The notes below the pieces were generated by a model, which saw only the letters and a program-made list of their open reading frames with translations, was not told the origin of the DNA and searched no databases. From Spongospora subterranea f. sp. subterranea (Eukaryota), in the NCBI GenBank assembly GCA_049724395.1, contig JAUGWO010000153.1, forward strand, positions 1 to 46,327: a stretch of 46,327 bases of DNA, written 5' to 3'. Positions 24,601 to 39,968 of the stretch are shown in pieces; the first letter of the stretch is position 1, and each line of letters starts with the position of its first letter. The translations under genes and the position numbers were made by a program.

Positions 24601-27165
24601 ATGTTCGTTTTGTTCGATTTATTGGCTATGTAAACCCTTTTTTGTTTATTTTATTCTTGCGATATTTTTCTTTCAACGCTCGTGTTTTTTGAAAGGTTCT
24701 TTTTTCTTTAGGTATAATGCCATTCGTCACATTGCTGACGATACTGAGGAATACTGGGGTAAATACTTCGGCTACATGCTCCGTGTCGGCGACATTTCTC
24801 GTCGGTCTTATTATATTCAGGTCCGCTGCATTTAACTGTCCTTTTACTTGACTGCTCAACAGTTCACCAGCGGATTCCATGATTTTTGTGTGCATTTTTT
24901 ATGGATTTTCGAAAAAAAGTAATTCGCCTTTCTTTTAATATGGTTGCCCAATCAACCGCTCCTGTTTCGTAATCCATCTTCATCCAACTTATCGAACGCA
25001 TTCGCAGTTGGCGGCGTCCCGCAGCCATTCATTGGAAACCAATCCGGTGTCAATTAATCGGTTTCTTATGACGGGGTCGCATGCGGACGGCGATGCGTAC
25101 GAGGTAACTCTCATGAGATATATCACGTCAGCTCTTTAACTTGTTGTTGTTCGAAGCATTTTGTTCAGCAAATGATGACTCTGCCTCCTGCAGCGTTCGA
25201 GATATCTTTGCCCATAGAGGTATAAATACTGCATTGTGATGTTGAGGGTTAAATTTGACATATTTGATGTGAAAAATAATGTATTGGCTTACATCTTATG
25301 TGGTTTTCATGCATGTTTATGGATATGAATTATCATGATGAAATTGACTAAATGTATGCTTTGGATTTACAAATTTCACATAATTGATTGGTTTAGACAC
25401 GAATTAGTACAATCATCTGACAATTTTTTTGGGCTAGTTCCTGCACGAGCCTGGGATTGGTGAAGGTCCGTTACGAGAGCTCCTTCAAATGGTCAGCAAG
25501 ATTTTATTTCCACTGCAACCGCGGGACGCTTCTTCGACCCTTGCGTCGTTGTTTGTGGTGGCGCCAAGCGGAAATGCTTTCCACTTGTCATCGCCCCCCA
25601 TTGATCTCGATTCAGCCGCCGAGCAGCATCTATTCCTGCACTGGGAGATGGCTGGTCGAATGACCGGTAAATTGTTTACTCTCCTCCAATGCGAGATAAC
25701 CCTGTTTCGACGTTTTTAATATGCCGAACCCATCAACGTTTCGCTATTTTGAATGTTTCTTATGAACTGTTGTGAAACGGGAATTAGGAGTTTCGTTGTT
25801 TTTGTCCTACTAGAAGACCAATTTAACGAATGTTTTATGGCTTCAATGTAAGTCAGCGCGCATACTCTTTTTGTCTAATTTGGATGTGGTTTAATTTAGG
25901 CCTCTCTGTAACGACGTCATTCCCTCTTGGAGTTAGGTTTACAGATGCGCTATTGCGTCGCATGCTCGATTTGGATCAACACGAGGGGGAAGACGTGAAA
26001 GACAAGACATTGCTGCTTGCCGGATTCGATGATGATTTGGCGGTTCGTCTTCGTTGGCTCGCCCATAACGAGATCGACGCGTTAGGTCTTGATATGCGTT
26101 GGTCATATACTGACATCACGCTTTGTAGAGATGTCCCTTTGGTACCTGGTAATGCGTCAATGCTTCTCCTAGTTACATGGCACAATAGTTCATCATAGTT
26201 GTTAGATGTTTCATCCTATCGTTCTGCTGATTTATCGAACATTCATTTTTATTTTTTTGATGTTTTTGCATGCAGAAGGTTATGATGTTCAGTTTTTGGT
26301 TTATCCATGCCCTTGGATTTTTATGTAGTCAACATGGCTCATGCGTTCATCAATTTTCAGGCAGCACCGAAATTGCATTTGTTGATTATGTGCTTGACAG
26401 GTGGCCAGGACATGGTCGTTCAAGATTCCAATAAATTGGAGTTCATTTCGACTTTGGTCGAACGTCGTCTTTGGGGAACCGCCGAACAGAAAGCGTTGAC
26501 TTCCGCGTTCATCAAAGGGTTCCAAGATGTTCTTCAAACTGCCGATTGTATTTCTAGTTTGTCGGTCGGCGATTTGTCCCATCTGCTCCAGGGAGCTCAG
26601 GCCCTTGACCTGAACTGGATGCGCATCGAACTTGTATCCTATTCGTATGGTTACAATGCTGAGTCTCCTGTCATCGTTTGGTTTTGGCGTTATGTGTCTG
26701 AGCTTGATGCCGAAAGATTATCACGGCTTCTCCAGTTCTGGTCAGTGCATGTCGAGTCTCTTGGGACTTTTTGTGAGAGCTCAGTGCCCCGTTGTCTTCT
26801 TGCATTTTTTTTATTTGCATCTCGTCCAAATTGTGTACTTTCTAGCTTTTGTACATTTGCTGTTAGTTTCAACAAACAATTACCTATCATACTCTTCATG
26901 AATCGATGGTTTTACGATATTATAGTACATTTTTTCACGATGCAATTTGCTGTTCAGGTCTGGTAGTCCCGTTCCGCCTTTGCCACACAGTATGGTAACG
27001 GATCATTGGACTATATGCCCTCATCTGAGACCAGTATCGTCATTGCCCTCGTCTGCAACTTGCACGCGACAATTGAGCATCCCGAGGTACGTGTCGTTCG
27101 AACAGCTGATGACCAAGTTCAATACCGCACTGGAGTTCGGCTATATTGGATATTCATCCACCTGA
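21603..27165 (+). CDS. Ankyrin-repeat HECT E3 ubiquitin ligase (HACE1-like architecture), multi-exon
   Basis: Ankyrin motifs PLIAAA, GITALHAAA and DQTALHKAA. HECT motifs AGIGEGPLRE, GYNAESPVIVWFWRYV and RLLQFWSG; catalytic LPSSATCTRQLSIPRY...ALEFG. Confidence 0.9.
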
Positions 27166-28119
27166 TGTAACGTCGGGTCTGTTCAATTTCCTGTTCATAT
27201 CAATCTGAAGTCTTAGTTCAGTATGTCTAACTGTTATTATCTAAACTTGTCGTGAATCATCCGCCTCAATCCCCCCTCGTAGCTTTTGCTGACTTGTAGC
27301 ATTGAATCAATACCGATAGACTTTCTCGTATAGGGTTTACATTTCTTGCTTTGAAGGACTGGTCGTGTCAATACTCATTGGCGGCCGCCATTGTTGTGCT
27401 CTTCGATGCTTTCAGGTGCTGATCCCAAGGATTGACAGAATCATTCAACTTGGTTGTCAAAGCTTGCTGCGTTCCTGAAAACTGAGAAAAAAAAATCGAT
27501 ACCGTTTATTCCTGATATATTGCGTCAATTCGTGAAGTCAACATACTGAATGCTGAAGAAATGCTGGTTGTGGTTTTGACACGGAGCTACTTTTCTTTCC
27601 TGGGCCAATTCAAGGCTGTTCACCAAATAAATCTCAGCTTACCCTGTTCCCGAATCTTTCAGTTGGGTTATTCAGGTTGTTCAGGCCAATGGAAGTTCAT
27701 TGTATCATTACTGAGCCTTGGTCTATGCCCAATAAAGACAATCTTTTCTTCTGTGTTAATTTTATATGATTTGCATTGACTTTCGACGGATCATCTACAT
27801 CAAACCGTTCTTAACCTATCCCTGTTTCTGAATCGGCGGGACTGCTCTCTCCATCAATCCACCACGATATCTCACCTTCATTCCCCAACTTTCAATATAT
27901 TGGACATGCTCAGTTCTGCAGGCTGCATTTGAAGTTTGAGTCCGATAATGTGAGGCACGTGTCGCAAGAAATCAAAACCACAACATTCATTATTTGTAAA
28001 GTAGCAATTCATACATAGTATGTACTTGGAGCGAATTAACAGCATCACAAGTGTCAACTGATTTGGGTAAATAATTGTTTCTATTTGTATTAGCAATATA
28101 TAAACAGGTTTCATCGTTT

Positions 28120-30386
<2,267 letters not shown>

Positions 30387-32043
30387 GATGCCACAAGAAG
30401 AACAGTTCGACCTTAATGCCAATATCGATTATGGCTATAACAGTCTATCGCCTATAGACTATGGACTATGGTTGACCTGATAGAGGTAGCGTGTAGCGAT
30501 TACTGACACACTCAATTGTGGTGCACTCGCTGTAACACAGGACAACCATTCACAGTTCCTGTACTGTATATCGGTAAATGACGTGGCCTGGAACGCAAAT
30601 TAGCGTTGAAACAGCAACACGTTCTTTGAAAGGCAAAATATGGGACTTTAAGAAACTTAGGAGCCAGATTTGAGCTCGACTCAAGATTCATCGAAAACTC
30701 TAACCAGCTTCTCTTTTGCTTTTACCAAAGCCAAAATGATGCTGTTTTTTATGCCGTCACCCATCTGATTATCCCGTTCAAAACAATGAGATCATTGCCA
30801 AATTCTTTGAAGTATCATTGGCACCAATACCCAACAGCCTTGAGATGTCGCTGCCTAAATGATTTCTTCATCAGGAATGTTGCAGATAAAGAATGCATGT
30901 TCTTTGAAAGACATCTCACCCTCAGTCTTCAACGGAATTAACCAGACAAATCATTCCACCAACCAAGTCTGACATGATATGAAAAATATCCGAAATGACT
31001 AATTCCCTGACTTTCACATACATCTTGATGCCAACTGATGACGCAAAGTTCCAGCCGATCTGATGAGGACTACACCAATAAAAATTTTTTGACCCGCACA
31101 AATTTCTGCAAATAATAGATTTAATTGAACTGTTTCCCCTGCTAAAGAATCATGGCCCGTTGGCTTGTTCATAAATCTAAGCCCCTCAAATAATTTTATG
31201 CACGGTTTGTCGCTTTACAATAGTGGTGTGCCGTGTGGGTCTGGAATCCGGAGAGCGAACCCTCGTCGCAGCGGTCCAGTTCAATCTTCAATGAAACTTT
31301 TGAGGGTCGATAATTTGAAGATTATTGTCCAGCATGTAGCATGGGCTGATATGATGATGAAAGCACATAAAAAGATCATAAGAACGAATTTCTCTCAATA
31401 ACCTAGAGTAGCTAGGGCTATAGATGTGCAGTACTAACTCAAAACCAACTAACTCAGTCTTGGAACATAGAAATGACCCAAATCAATTCATGAAATAACA
31501 CCGGCACGAAATCGTTTAACCGCATCGACGCAGCGGTCCTAACACGCATAGCATGGCATGTTTGTTATGCCCGACCTTACTAAACCATAAAGAGCATTAA
31601 TACATGTATGTACGTTGGCAGTGATTTCGCAAGGCCGGGCAGTTTGCGATCATGCCCTGTTGTCCAACGGGATATGTGGCCTGCCCAATATCTAGAGTGG
31701 TTTCAGATCAGCAGAGTTCAATCTGTCCGAGCTTGCGATAACACTGCCAACGTAAATACAGGGATATATCAATGTTGCTTATTGTTTAGCAATTTGTCAG
31801 CTCAGGAAAAACAAGTATCTGCTGTTCTGTGAGCCACTGTAGACAGTGATTTCCTGCATTATAGGACATCACCGCTTGAAATCCATGTATTCCATCAGTG
31901 ATGTACCGGTGACACAACGGGTCGTTCTCACGATCGAACAGTTTCTCAACACTTGCTATATGTGGGAAGCTTAACTCTTTGTCCTACAACTTGCTTCGAC
32001 ATGCCAATGGGGTACCGTTATCGTTTTGTGCATGCTGTTATTT

Positions 32044-32093
32044 GACTTCATAGGCTCAAATACGGGTCGACTTCATTGGCTCAAATACGGGTC
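32044..32093. repeat. Two tandem copies of a 25-bp unit
   Basis: gacttca(tag/ttg)gctcaaatacgggtc x2. Confidence 0.8.
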
Positions 32094-32149
32094 GGGTTCA
32101 TGATTATCGTATTGTTAATACCAGAAATCTCTCCGATGAGTTGTTTGGT

Positions 32150-32758
32150 CCATGACGCTTCTCGGGCCGAAGAGCACATTGCAATATATTCGGCTTCGAG
32201 TGCCAACAGAGCAGTGCTTTTGGTGCGATGACTACTCCATGAGATTGGGCCACCACCCATCGAACATACAAACCCTCCAGTGCTTCTCCTTACGTCAGCG
32301 TCGCCTGCCCAATCACTATTGCTTTAGAAAACAGGATCCGAATCATTGTTATAGCAGATGCGCGGATTATCTAACCAAGCCTATAGATACGGCCAAATTC
32401 AAATGGTGCTGCAAAGCCATGGGCCTCACCGATATGGGGGGTGTTGAAACTGCAGCCATGCCAGTTGGCACTGGATAACTTGACGCGGTGCTCGGCGTAT
32501 GTGGCCGGAAAGAGTACGCGGGACGCCATTCTTTTCTTTGAGTTTCTCTGACCCATGAGCGCATCTTAATGACAGGCAAGAAGGACATTCTGTATATCTG
32601 ACCGTCGGATACTCGGTACGGATAAAGGGTCAAGTCCGAGATCTGATCCGAGGCACTTCTCGGACCCCGGATAGTATCCGATCGGAGCCCCTCTACCCCG
32701 CAAAACGCGAATACAAATCGTTTGTGGGTGAAGTGGAACGATAATCTAGACCTCACCA
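32150..32758 (+). mobile_element. Copia 3' end: RNase H remnant, PPT and candidate LTR 32442-32758
   Basis: ADYLTKPIDTAKFKWCCKAMGL, then atggggggg PPT and TGTTGA; candidate end tcacca, one mismatch from tcaaca. Confidence 0.7.
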
Positions 32759-33166
32759 GCGCTGCCAAAACGGAATGTCCTCTTGATAATAAACAAAAGG
32801 GATTTCAGGTTGATCTGATACACAATAGTCTGTCTGTGAGATGGGACTCTTGCCAGTGTTATATTGATCATGATAACCAACTATGGTTTGTTCGGCAACG
32901 ATTTCAGCAATCCGTCGAAAATCTAACATACAGTAAACACAGCACACCTGACCGGCTGAAATCCCCTAATCTATACACCATCTACCATTGCTGTTCGTGA
33001 TCGATATTACAAAGTTCGGCGCCGAACAGTTCCATCCTATATCCATCATTCTAGGCGCACTATTCGAATATTATGGGTTTACGGTACCAACTTTGAACGC
33101 ACAGCGTCCAAATTGTCCTACAATGACTCTACAATGGTTGCGAATTCCGTTAGGGCGTTGACAACG

Positions 33167-33944
33167 AACCCGAATATAACGCCTAGGCGTTGTATTCGGG
33201 TCTTACATGCAACTTCCTAATTGTGCGGATTTTGAGTAAACTCGAATATAACGCCTAGGTGTTGTATTCGGGTCTTACATGCAACTTCCTGATTGTGCGG
33301 ATTTTGAGTAAACTCGAATATAACGCCTAGGTGTTGTATTCGGGTTTTACATGCAACTTCCTAATTGTGCGGATTTTGAGTAAACTCGAATATAACGTTT
33401 TGAGTAAACTCGAATATAACGCCTAGGTGTTGTATTCGGGTTTTACATGCAACTTCCTAATTGTGCGGATTTTGAGTAAACTCGAATATAACGCCTAGGT
33501 GTTGTATTCGGGTTTTACATGCAACTTCCTAATTGTGCGGATTTTGAGTAAACTCGAATATAACGCCTAGGTGTTGTATTCGGGTTTTACATGCAACTTC
33601 CTAATTGTGCGGATTTTGAGTAAACTCGAATATAACGCCTAGGTGTTGTATTCGGGTTTTACATGCAACTTCCTGATTGTGCGGATTTTGAGTAAACTCG
33701 AATATAACGCCTAGGTGTTGTATTCGGGTTTTACATGCAACTTCCTACTTGTGCGGATTTTGAGTAAACTCGAATATAACGCCTAGGTGTTGTATTCGGG
33801 TTTTACATGCAACTTCCTAATTGTGCGGATTTTGAGTAAACTCCAATAGAACGCCTAGGTGTTGTATTCGGGTTTTACATGCAACTTCCTAATTGTGCGG
33901 ATTTTGAGTAAACTCCAATAGAACGCCTAGGTGTTGTATTCGGG
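33167..33944. repeat. Tandem array of a 72-bp unit containing a ~38-bp imperfect palindrome
   Basis: Units start at 33171, 33243, 33315, (24-bp deleted unit at 33387), 33411, 33483, 33555, 33627, 33699, 33771 and 33843, with a partial unit at 33915. Palindrome aaactcgaatataacgcctaggtgttgtattcgggttt. The consensus unit has stops in all six frames. Confidence 0.97.
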
Positions 33945-35267
33945 GGAAGACGGTAGGTCACATTTGAAAACGCACTACGGGATGTTTTCAATACCTGCAC
34001 TTATTGATGAATTTTCATAGATCAGCTTCGACCCGGATTGTGATCTTTCCATCGTATCCTTATTGGGGTGTTGCTTATTGGTAAACGAGCGAAGACGCCA
34101 TGTTTAACGATTTTAGTTAAAAGTGTATTTATCTACGGCCATGATCAATGCCAATCGACAGTTTGTCAGCATTTAGTTGGCCCGTCGACAGTTTGGCCAT
34201 CTTCCTGCCGTCATAATGTATTGCACTGTTATTTACTGTATCAGGATGGCGCCAAACTGTGTTTTGTTTGAGATGATAATGTCTTCCGGAAAATGTTCGT
34301 ACTCACCGAATGCAAAGAACCTTGGACGTGTCCACTATTCCCCTCATGAACAGAACTGTAATATCGTGGCGCCTGCCTTCAATTGGGTCAAAAATACTGC
34401 CAAACAGGCCATCAGGAGTTGTTATTCTTTGGTCGTTCAAACAATGTTTGCCAGGATGACCATTGTAGACTAAACGTTGTGTAGAATTTAACCAGAACAT
34501 CTAGGGACTGGGACTGCAGATGTATTGACGATTTCATCAATGAACGCCCAGACCCACTTTAGTGTTGCTCAGGGCGGCCTAGATCGTGGATGTGTATTGC
34601 GACAGACGCTTCTCTATCAACACGTTCATTGAAATATAAAATATTCCTTGTCCTGGACCCAGATTAAATAAACAGTACGAGCTATTGTTTTCGAGATCGA
34701 AGCGATAGACCTGCCAAGTTCTGTCATTGGAAACCAGTCGTAATGGCGACACACCAGGGCTAATGTCTCAATACGTTCGATTCTGTCTCCGCTTTTGGCG
34801 AAAATGTATTCCGGTAGTCGGAATCCACTTGACAGCAGCGTCAATTGTTGAATTGACTAGCGAAATCGTAGCAAGAAAGTGTTATCGTTTAGACCCAAAT
34901 GGAATCATTCCGAGGCCGGATAGGATGATTGAAGGGCGTTCGTAAACAAAACAATTTGTTTTAAAATAATTACCCAACATTATTTGGTCTCATAAACAAA
35001 TTGAACCAAACATATGGCATGTTGAATGTCCCTATTTCCTACGACATTGTTTTACAATAATCAGTCCAACACGTTATTCCACATATTGTGATACTGTTTT
35101 CGTTTCCGACTAAATTAAAGTAATTACAGGAGACCAACTCAAATATTAAATACAGAATTAAATCACAGCAGAGTCGAATAGGTGGGAGAAGAGAATCGGA
35201 TATCTGAATTCTGGTGTATGACACACTCTGAACTCATCTTTGGCGCTACATTAACGTCATTCCTCCA

Positions 35268-37589
35268 ATGCGTGTCCTCAAGTTGTTTGGATTGTTGCTT
35301 GTGGCGATCAGACCGACCCGATCTGTGACAACCGAACATGGTCATGGTTGGGGCGAACCGTTTCGCTCAGATCAGGCCAATGCCGCCACAAGAATTGCCT
35401 CCTCGACTTTCTTAGTATGGATGGCGGAATGTCGCTCAAAAGAATTGAATACATTCTGATATCAATGGTCCTTGCAGGACACCATGTCGTCGTCGCAGGA
35501 GTGGACAATGCTCCTTGACGAAACCAAAGATTTGCCCTTTCCAATATTCGAATATTTGACATTTGAGTCGAATTGGCTGAAAGGCAATTCCTTGTTGGAG
35601 TTTGCTTTTTCCACTATCAATCGTGTCGACCCGTTTGGTGAAAGTTCTTCAATGAAAGTAGTCGTTCACTTCATCTTCAAATGAAGATTCGGTTTGTTAA
35701 GTGCGTTTTAGGAACGGGACTCGAGCCCCGGTTCGAAAATTGACGAGTCCCATATCAATATCGATTCTCAACAGTTGAGCCAAAAGGGCGAGAACCTCGA
35801 TTGTCTTATCGATCCAAATCGAATTCTTATTGATTCGAAAATTTTGCCGTCAAAATACATTCTCGAGAATCTCGTGCCCGATAACAGCAACGCCCACCAG
35901 TTTGGTGACAGTTCTTCAAAAAACTTAGGAGTTCAGTTCATCTCCAAACTGTGTTTGGGTTTGCTGAGTGGGTCATAGGATTGGAACCCGAACACGAGTT
36001 CACAAAGTGATGCATTCCGTATCAGGATTGATGGTCAACAGTCAATTGAAAGAGTAGATGGCAAAACTTTCAATTGCCGCATTGAAAATACGGTTAATTC
36101 GAAAAACCAGCCTGCTGACGTTAACGAGAATGTCGTGCCAGTAAGTGATTGTCGATAATCGCGATTACCTATATCTGCTTATGGGCGTACTAGGATGGAT
36201 TTCCGGAGCAAACTCAAAAAATGGTTCAAGTCAATAATGCGTTCAGAATGAGAAAGTTGTGTCCGCCCTTAAACTGGGACTTGGATGAGGTCAAAGATTA
36301 TGAGAGTCTGTGTGTGTTTCTGGTCAGAATTCTGGATTCACCGCTCTGTCTGGGATTTGATGATCACGAACGGTATCGTCTGCTTAGGGAAAGGAGACAA
36401 ATCCTGAACAGGTCGAGTTTCACAACAGTGTCGCCATGACGGAACACATGATGGAAATAGTGTTGCGCGGAAGGTCGGGGGGGGATACTGTTGAGGTCAA
36501 ACAAAAGAGCACCGATGTTCCTCATCCTAGGCTAATTGCCCTGGGATCCAGCACTCTGCAAAAACTGATCCTAATTTCGAATTTTGTTTTGAAACTGTTC
36601 TCTTGCAGAACATCGCTCCGGGGTATTTGTGCAAAGGTGATTTATAGTCTCAAGCACACCTGTATCCCCGTCCTTAAATGTCTTGTGAACTGCTGTGGCA
36701 AAGACATGGACCTGTTCCAGACACGTTGGGGCCCGTGTTTTATGCACAATCGTTTTGGAGCGAAACGGTGCCCCGGTCCTGGATTAAATCATAACACCTG
36801 CGGTTTCCAGTTGACGAAAATCGTCAAGTCCCCTGAGTACAGGTTTTCATTCGCATTTTTTTAGAAAAACTGATGAAAATCTGTGCTTTCAGAGACACCA
36901 ACTCCGGTTCAGTGGATCTCAAAGCTCTTATTGATGCTGTTTCAACGTCAAAATCCGCAGTAGACAAACTTTATTTGTTTTGGAAATTCAACGAGAGATA
37001 CAAATCAATTGACGTCCAGGCTCAAATTCGTCACCGATCATATTATACCGGGTCTTCGAAACCCATTTGGGGGTGCTTTGTTCATCACTGTGGCCAAAAT
37101 ATAGATGAGTGGGTTCGGAAATGGGGCTTCAACGTTCCGCATGCCTTATTCAGCATGCGGAAATGCCAGGGCTTGATTTCCCGTCCTTGCGGAAAGTATG
37201 ACCCGCCATTTGATATTGAAGCAAGACATTCCCTGAGAGACAAATCAACCCGAGACCTCCTCCCAGCGTTTTCCAAAATTCTCCAACAGTATAATCAGTT
37301 CGTGATTGCGAAGACAGAATCACAAAGATCGCCTGATCCGGCTTTAACATCGTTGATCAGTAACTCCATTCGTCCTGTCATCAATTGTTTAGATCGTCAT
37401 TGCGCTGGAAGTGTTCAGGAATTTGTACGGAGATGGGGAGAATTGATATTCTACACCAAATTCAGTCGCGTTTGCTGTCCTGGACCAGTCAAAAACTATG
37501 ATATTTGTCACTATTCCTCGGCCATCCCAAAGTTAGATAATTGTCGACCCGGCAATGACTCAACAAACAAGGTAGATACAATCAAATAA
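35268..37589 (+). pseudogene. Secreted effector-like multi-exon gene with three C-terminal Cys/His/Trp repeats; in-frame stop at 35457-35459
   Basis: Signal-like MRVLKLFGLLLVAIRPTRS. Repeats PVLKCLVNCCGKDMDLFQTRWG, PIWGCFVHHCGQNIDEWVRKWG and PVINCLDRHCAGSVQEFVRRWG. The joining of the exons is inferred. Confidence 0.6.
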
Positions 37590-37649
37590 ACCTGATGGAC
37601 TCAAATGTCGTCTCACGAGGGTATTTGGATTATTCTCCTGTATTCATAT

Positions 37650-39670
37650 CAACATAGCAGCCGCTCAAACTGCTAGGAATGATCATCCCAAACAAGAAAT
37701 TAATACAAAACAAACGTCAGGTAACACGATATGATTCATACAAGCGAAAAGAAACCGATCATACGACGATACGAAGGACCAACACACAAAGTCCAAATAT
37801 GAAAGACATCAAGCACACACAAACAGATATGCACAAAAAATCGATCATGGTCAATAGATAGTGATGACAATAAAAAACAGATGAGAGAAGGATTTCTAGT
37901 AGAGAAACACAGAACAACGAAGTGTCAAGCTATGAAAGCATAGAGCAAAAAACAGCTACAAACAAACACCTGCCAGCACGATGAATTACTATGAAATCAC
38001 CAAATGATCGAACAAATAATGGAAGTTGACAGCAAGAAGGCAGAATTTGAGGATGATAAAACCAGTGAAACCAGTGGAAATACTGAACTCAATACTACTC
38101 AAAAAGCAATCACTGAGAAGTTAGAACAAAAGAGCCTCACAGCTAAGAGCACGAACGACATCAATGTACACGCACGACAGATGAAAATAACACGTTATTT
38201 CGTGAGAGTAAAAATTAAAAACAGAAAAATAAGAACAACCAGAAGCCTAAACATTGCTCAATGGAATGCTTGCTCCTTAAACGAACAAAAGGCAAAGAAT
38301 TGTCAATATTTGCAAAAACCAACAGAGTTGATGTTATGTGTATCTCGGAACTGAACCATAGACGTCATAAAGACGATTTCCCCAACCATGAAGCCGATGA
38401 CCCATATACCCAATCTGGAATTTTCTGGAGAGACCACGTTCAAGTAGATGTAATGCATGGGCCTGCAATTCCAACATACGGGAACCGACCGAATAATGAC
38501 ACAAATATTGAAGATATATTGTGACATGATACTGTTTTAATACATATATATATCTCACCCGATATTGATAGAAAGACGAGGAAAGCATACTGGAAGCAAA
38601 TTGGAAAATTCGTCGAAACACGTATGAGCCTATAGTTATCACAGGTGACCTAAATACCGAAGACAAACGTTTTGGAGCCAATCATGACGAACACCACCAA
38701 TACCTTGATGCAATATTGGAAGAATGCAGATTGATCAATAATCCTGAAAAATCCACCACTCACTAGATATCACCCTTGCCAATCGTCAGATGGGAAAGGA
38801 GATCGTAAAATGGGGAGTACACACTGAATTAAGCAGTGACCATTTACCGACAACAGTTGAAACAACATTTTGGAGAAAATCAACCCAAAGAGCGCCTCAA
38901 AACCGTAGAAGAATTCAACGGATAGACACACAAGCGACAATGAAAGCATCAGAAGAGGAAATGAAAAAGATGGAAAACATAAACATAGACTTGACCGCCT
39001 TCATGGAGCTGATGCAAAAGAGCATTAAACACAAATACATAAAACAAAATAGATGTAAATTCTGGACCACGAAATTAAAGATAGCTTCAAGATTGCGAAA
39101 CAAGCTCAAACGCAAACTCCAGACAGCAATCATGAAAAGCAAAAGCCAACGATTTATTGCACAACGACAAGCTGAAATGAGAAAAGCGGAGCTATATCTT
39201 AGGAAGCAAATTCAGAAAGCGAAAACAGCAAGTCTCAGGACAGAAATTACTCAAGCCTGCACCGATGAAACGGGAGCCACCAAACCAACAAAAGGAGAAG
39301 AAAATTTGAAACCTACAGGGTCGACCCAAAAGAAGAAGCAGAAAAAATAGCTGTGAATTTCGAAAAAAAATACAACGAATCAGTCCTGAATCTTGATGAA
39401 CAAGAGCAAGGAGAGCACGATTTACTCATTAAAAACCTACTGAGAGAGAGAATATCTCAACCTCCAGTAAAAATCACCGTTAGAGAACTGGAAAGAGCAT
39501 TGACAAAAGCCAACAGCAAATCAACTGGAGGAATAGATGGAATACCAAATAGTCTCATCAAGCAGTTATGCAACAATGATACAATCAAATACGCATTGCT
39601 GAGTGCAATCAATAACGATATTATCGATCTAGGATACTTCCCACAAAAAATGAAAATTGCTAAAATAAAG
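37650..39670 (+). mobile_element. Non-LTR (LINE) retrotransposon, degraded: AP endonuclease and start of RT
   Basis: LNIAQWNACSL, DVMCISE, ITGDLN, LSSDHLP, KSTGGIDGIPNSLIK, PQKMKIAKI; A-rich sense strand. The 5' boundary is approximate. Confidence 0.9.
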
Positions 39671-39968
39671 ATTGTTTTGGTCAACCATTGGTCAATGAGT
39701 AGTATTAGGTATGGATCATATTTCTCATCTTTTTGAACTATTAACGTTCTCTGTACTCTGTCAAACGCCATCATAAAGTCATATACAATCAGCGCGAATT
39801 GCTGTTCTTTAGCTGCTGCTACTCCTGCATTATGAAGCAATCTTTGCAATGCATGGGTTGTGCTATGGGCGGGTCTGTACCCGAATTGATGGTCTGGTAT
39901 GTATGCATTTTTCCGCTTGTTGTCTTATTCTGTTCTCTATAATCCCCTCTACCAATTTGGCTATGTTG
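39670..39968 (-). mobile_element. Inverted continuation of the LINE RT
   Basis: Minus strand [14 protein letters not shown]...QFGYRPAHSTTHALQRL...YDFMMAFDRV...IDQWL. Confidence 0.85.

Noticed and set aside
27190..28000. Possible small minus-strand gene between the HECT and kinase genes
   Set aside because: Candidate frames have early stops and no recognisable homology.
33092..33106. tttgaacgcac resembling a 5.8S rRNA motif
   Set aside because: The match is short and there is no surrounding rRNA sequence.
33167..33944. CRISPR-like array (palindromic ~38-bp repeat plus ~34-bp spacer)
   Set aside because: The spacers are near-identical, there are no cas genes and the context is eukaryotic. 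It is a tandem repeat.
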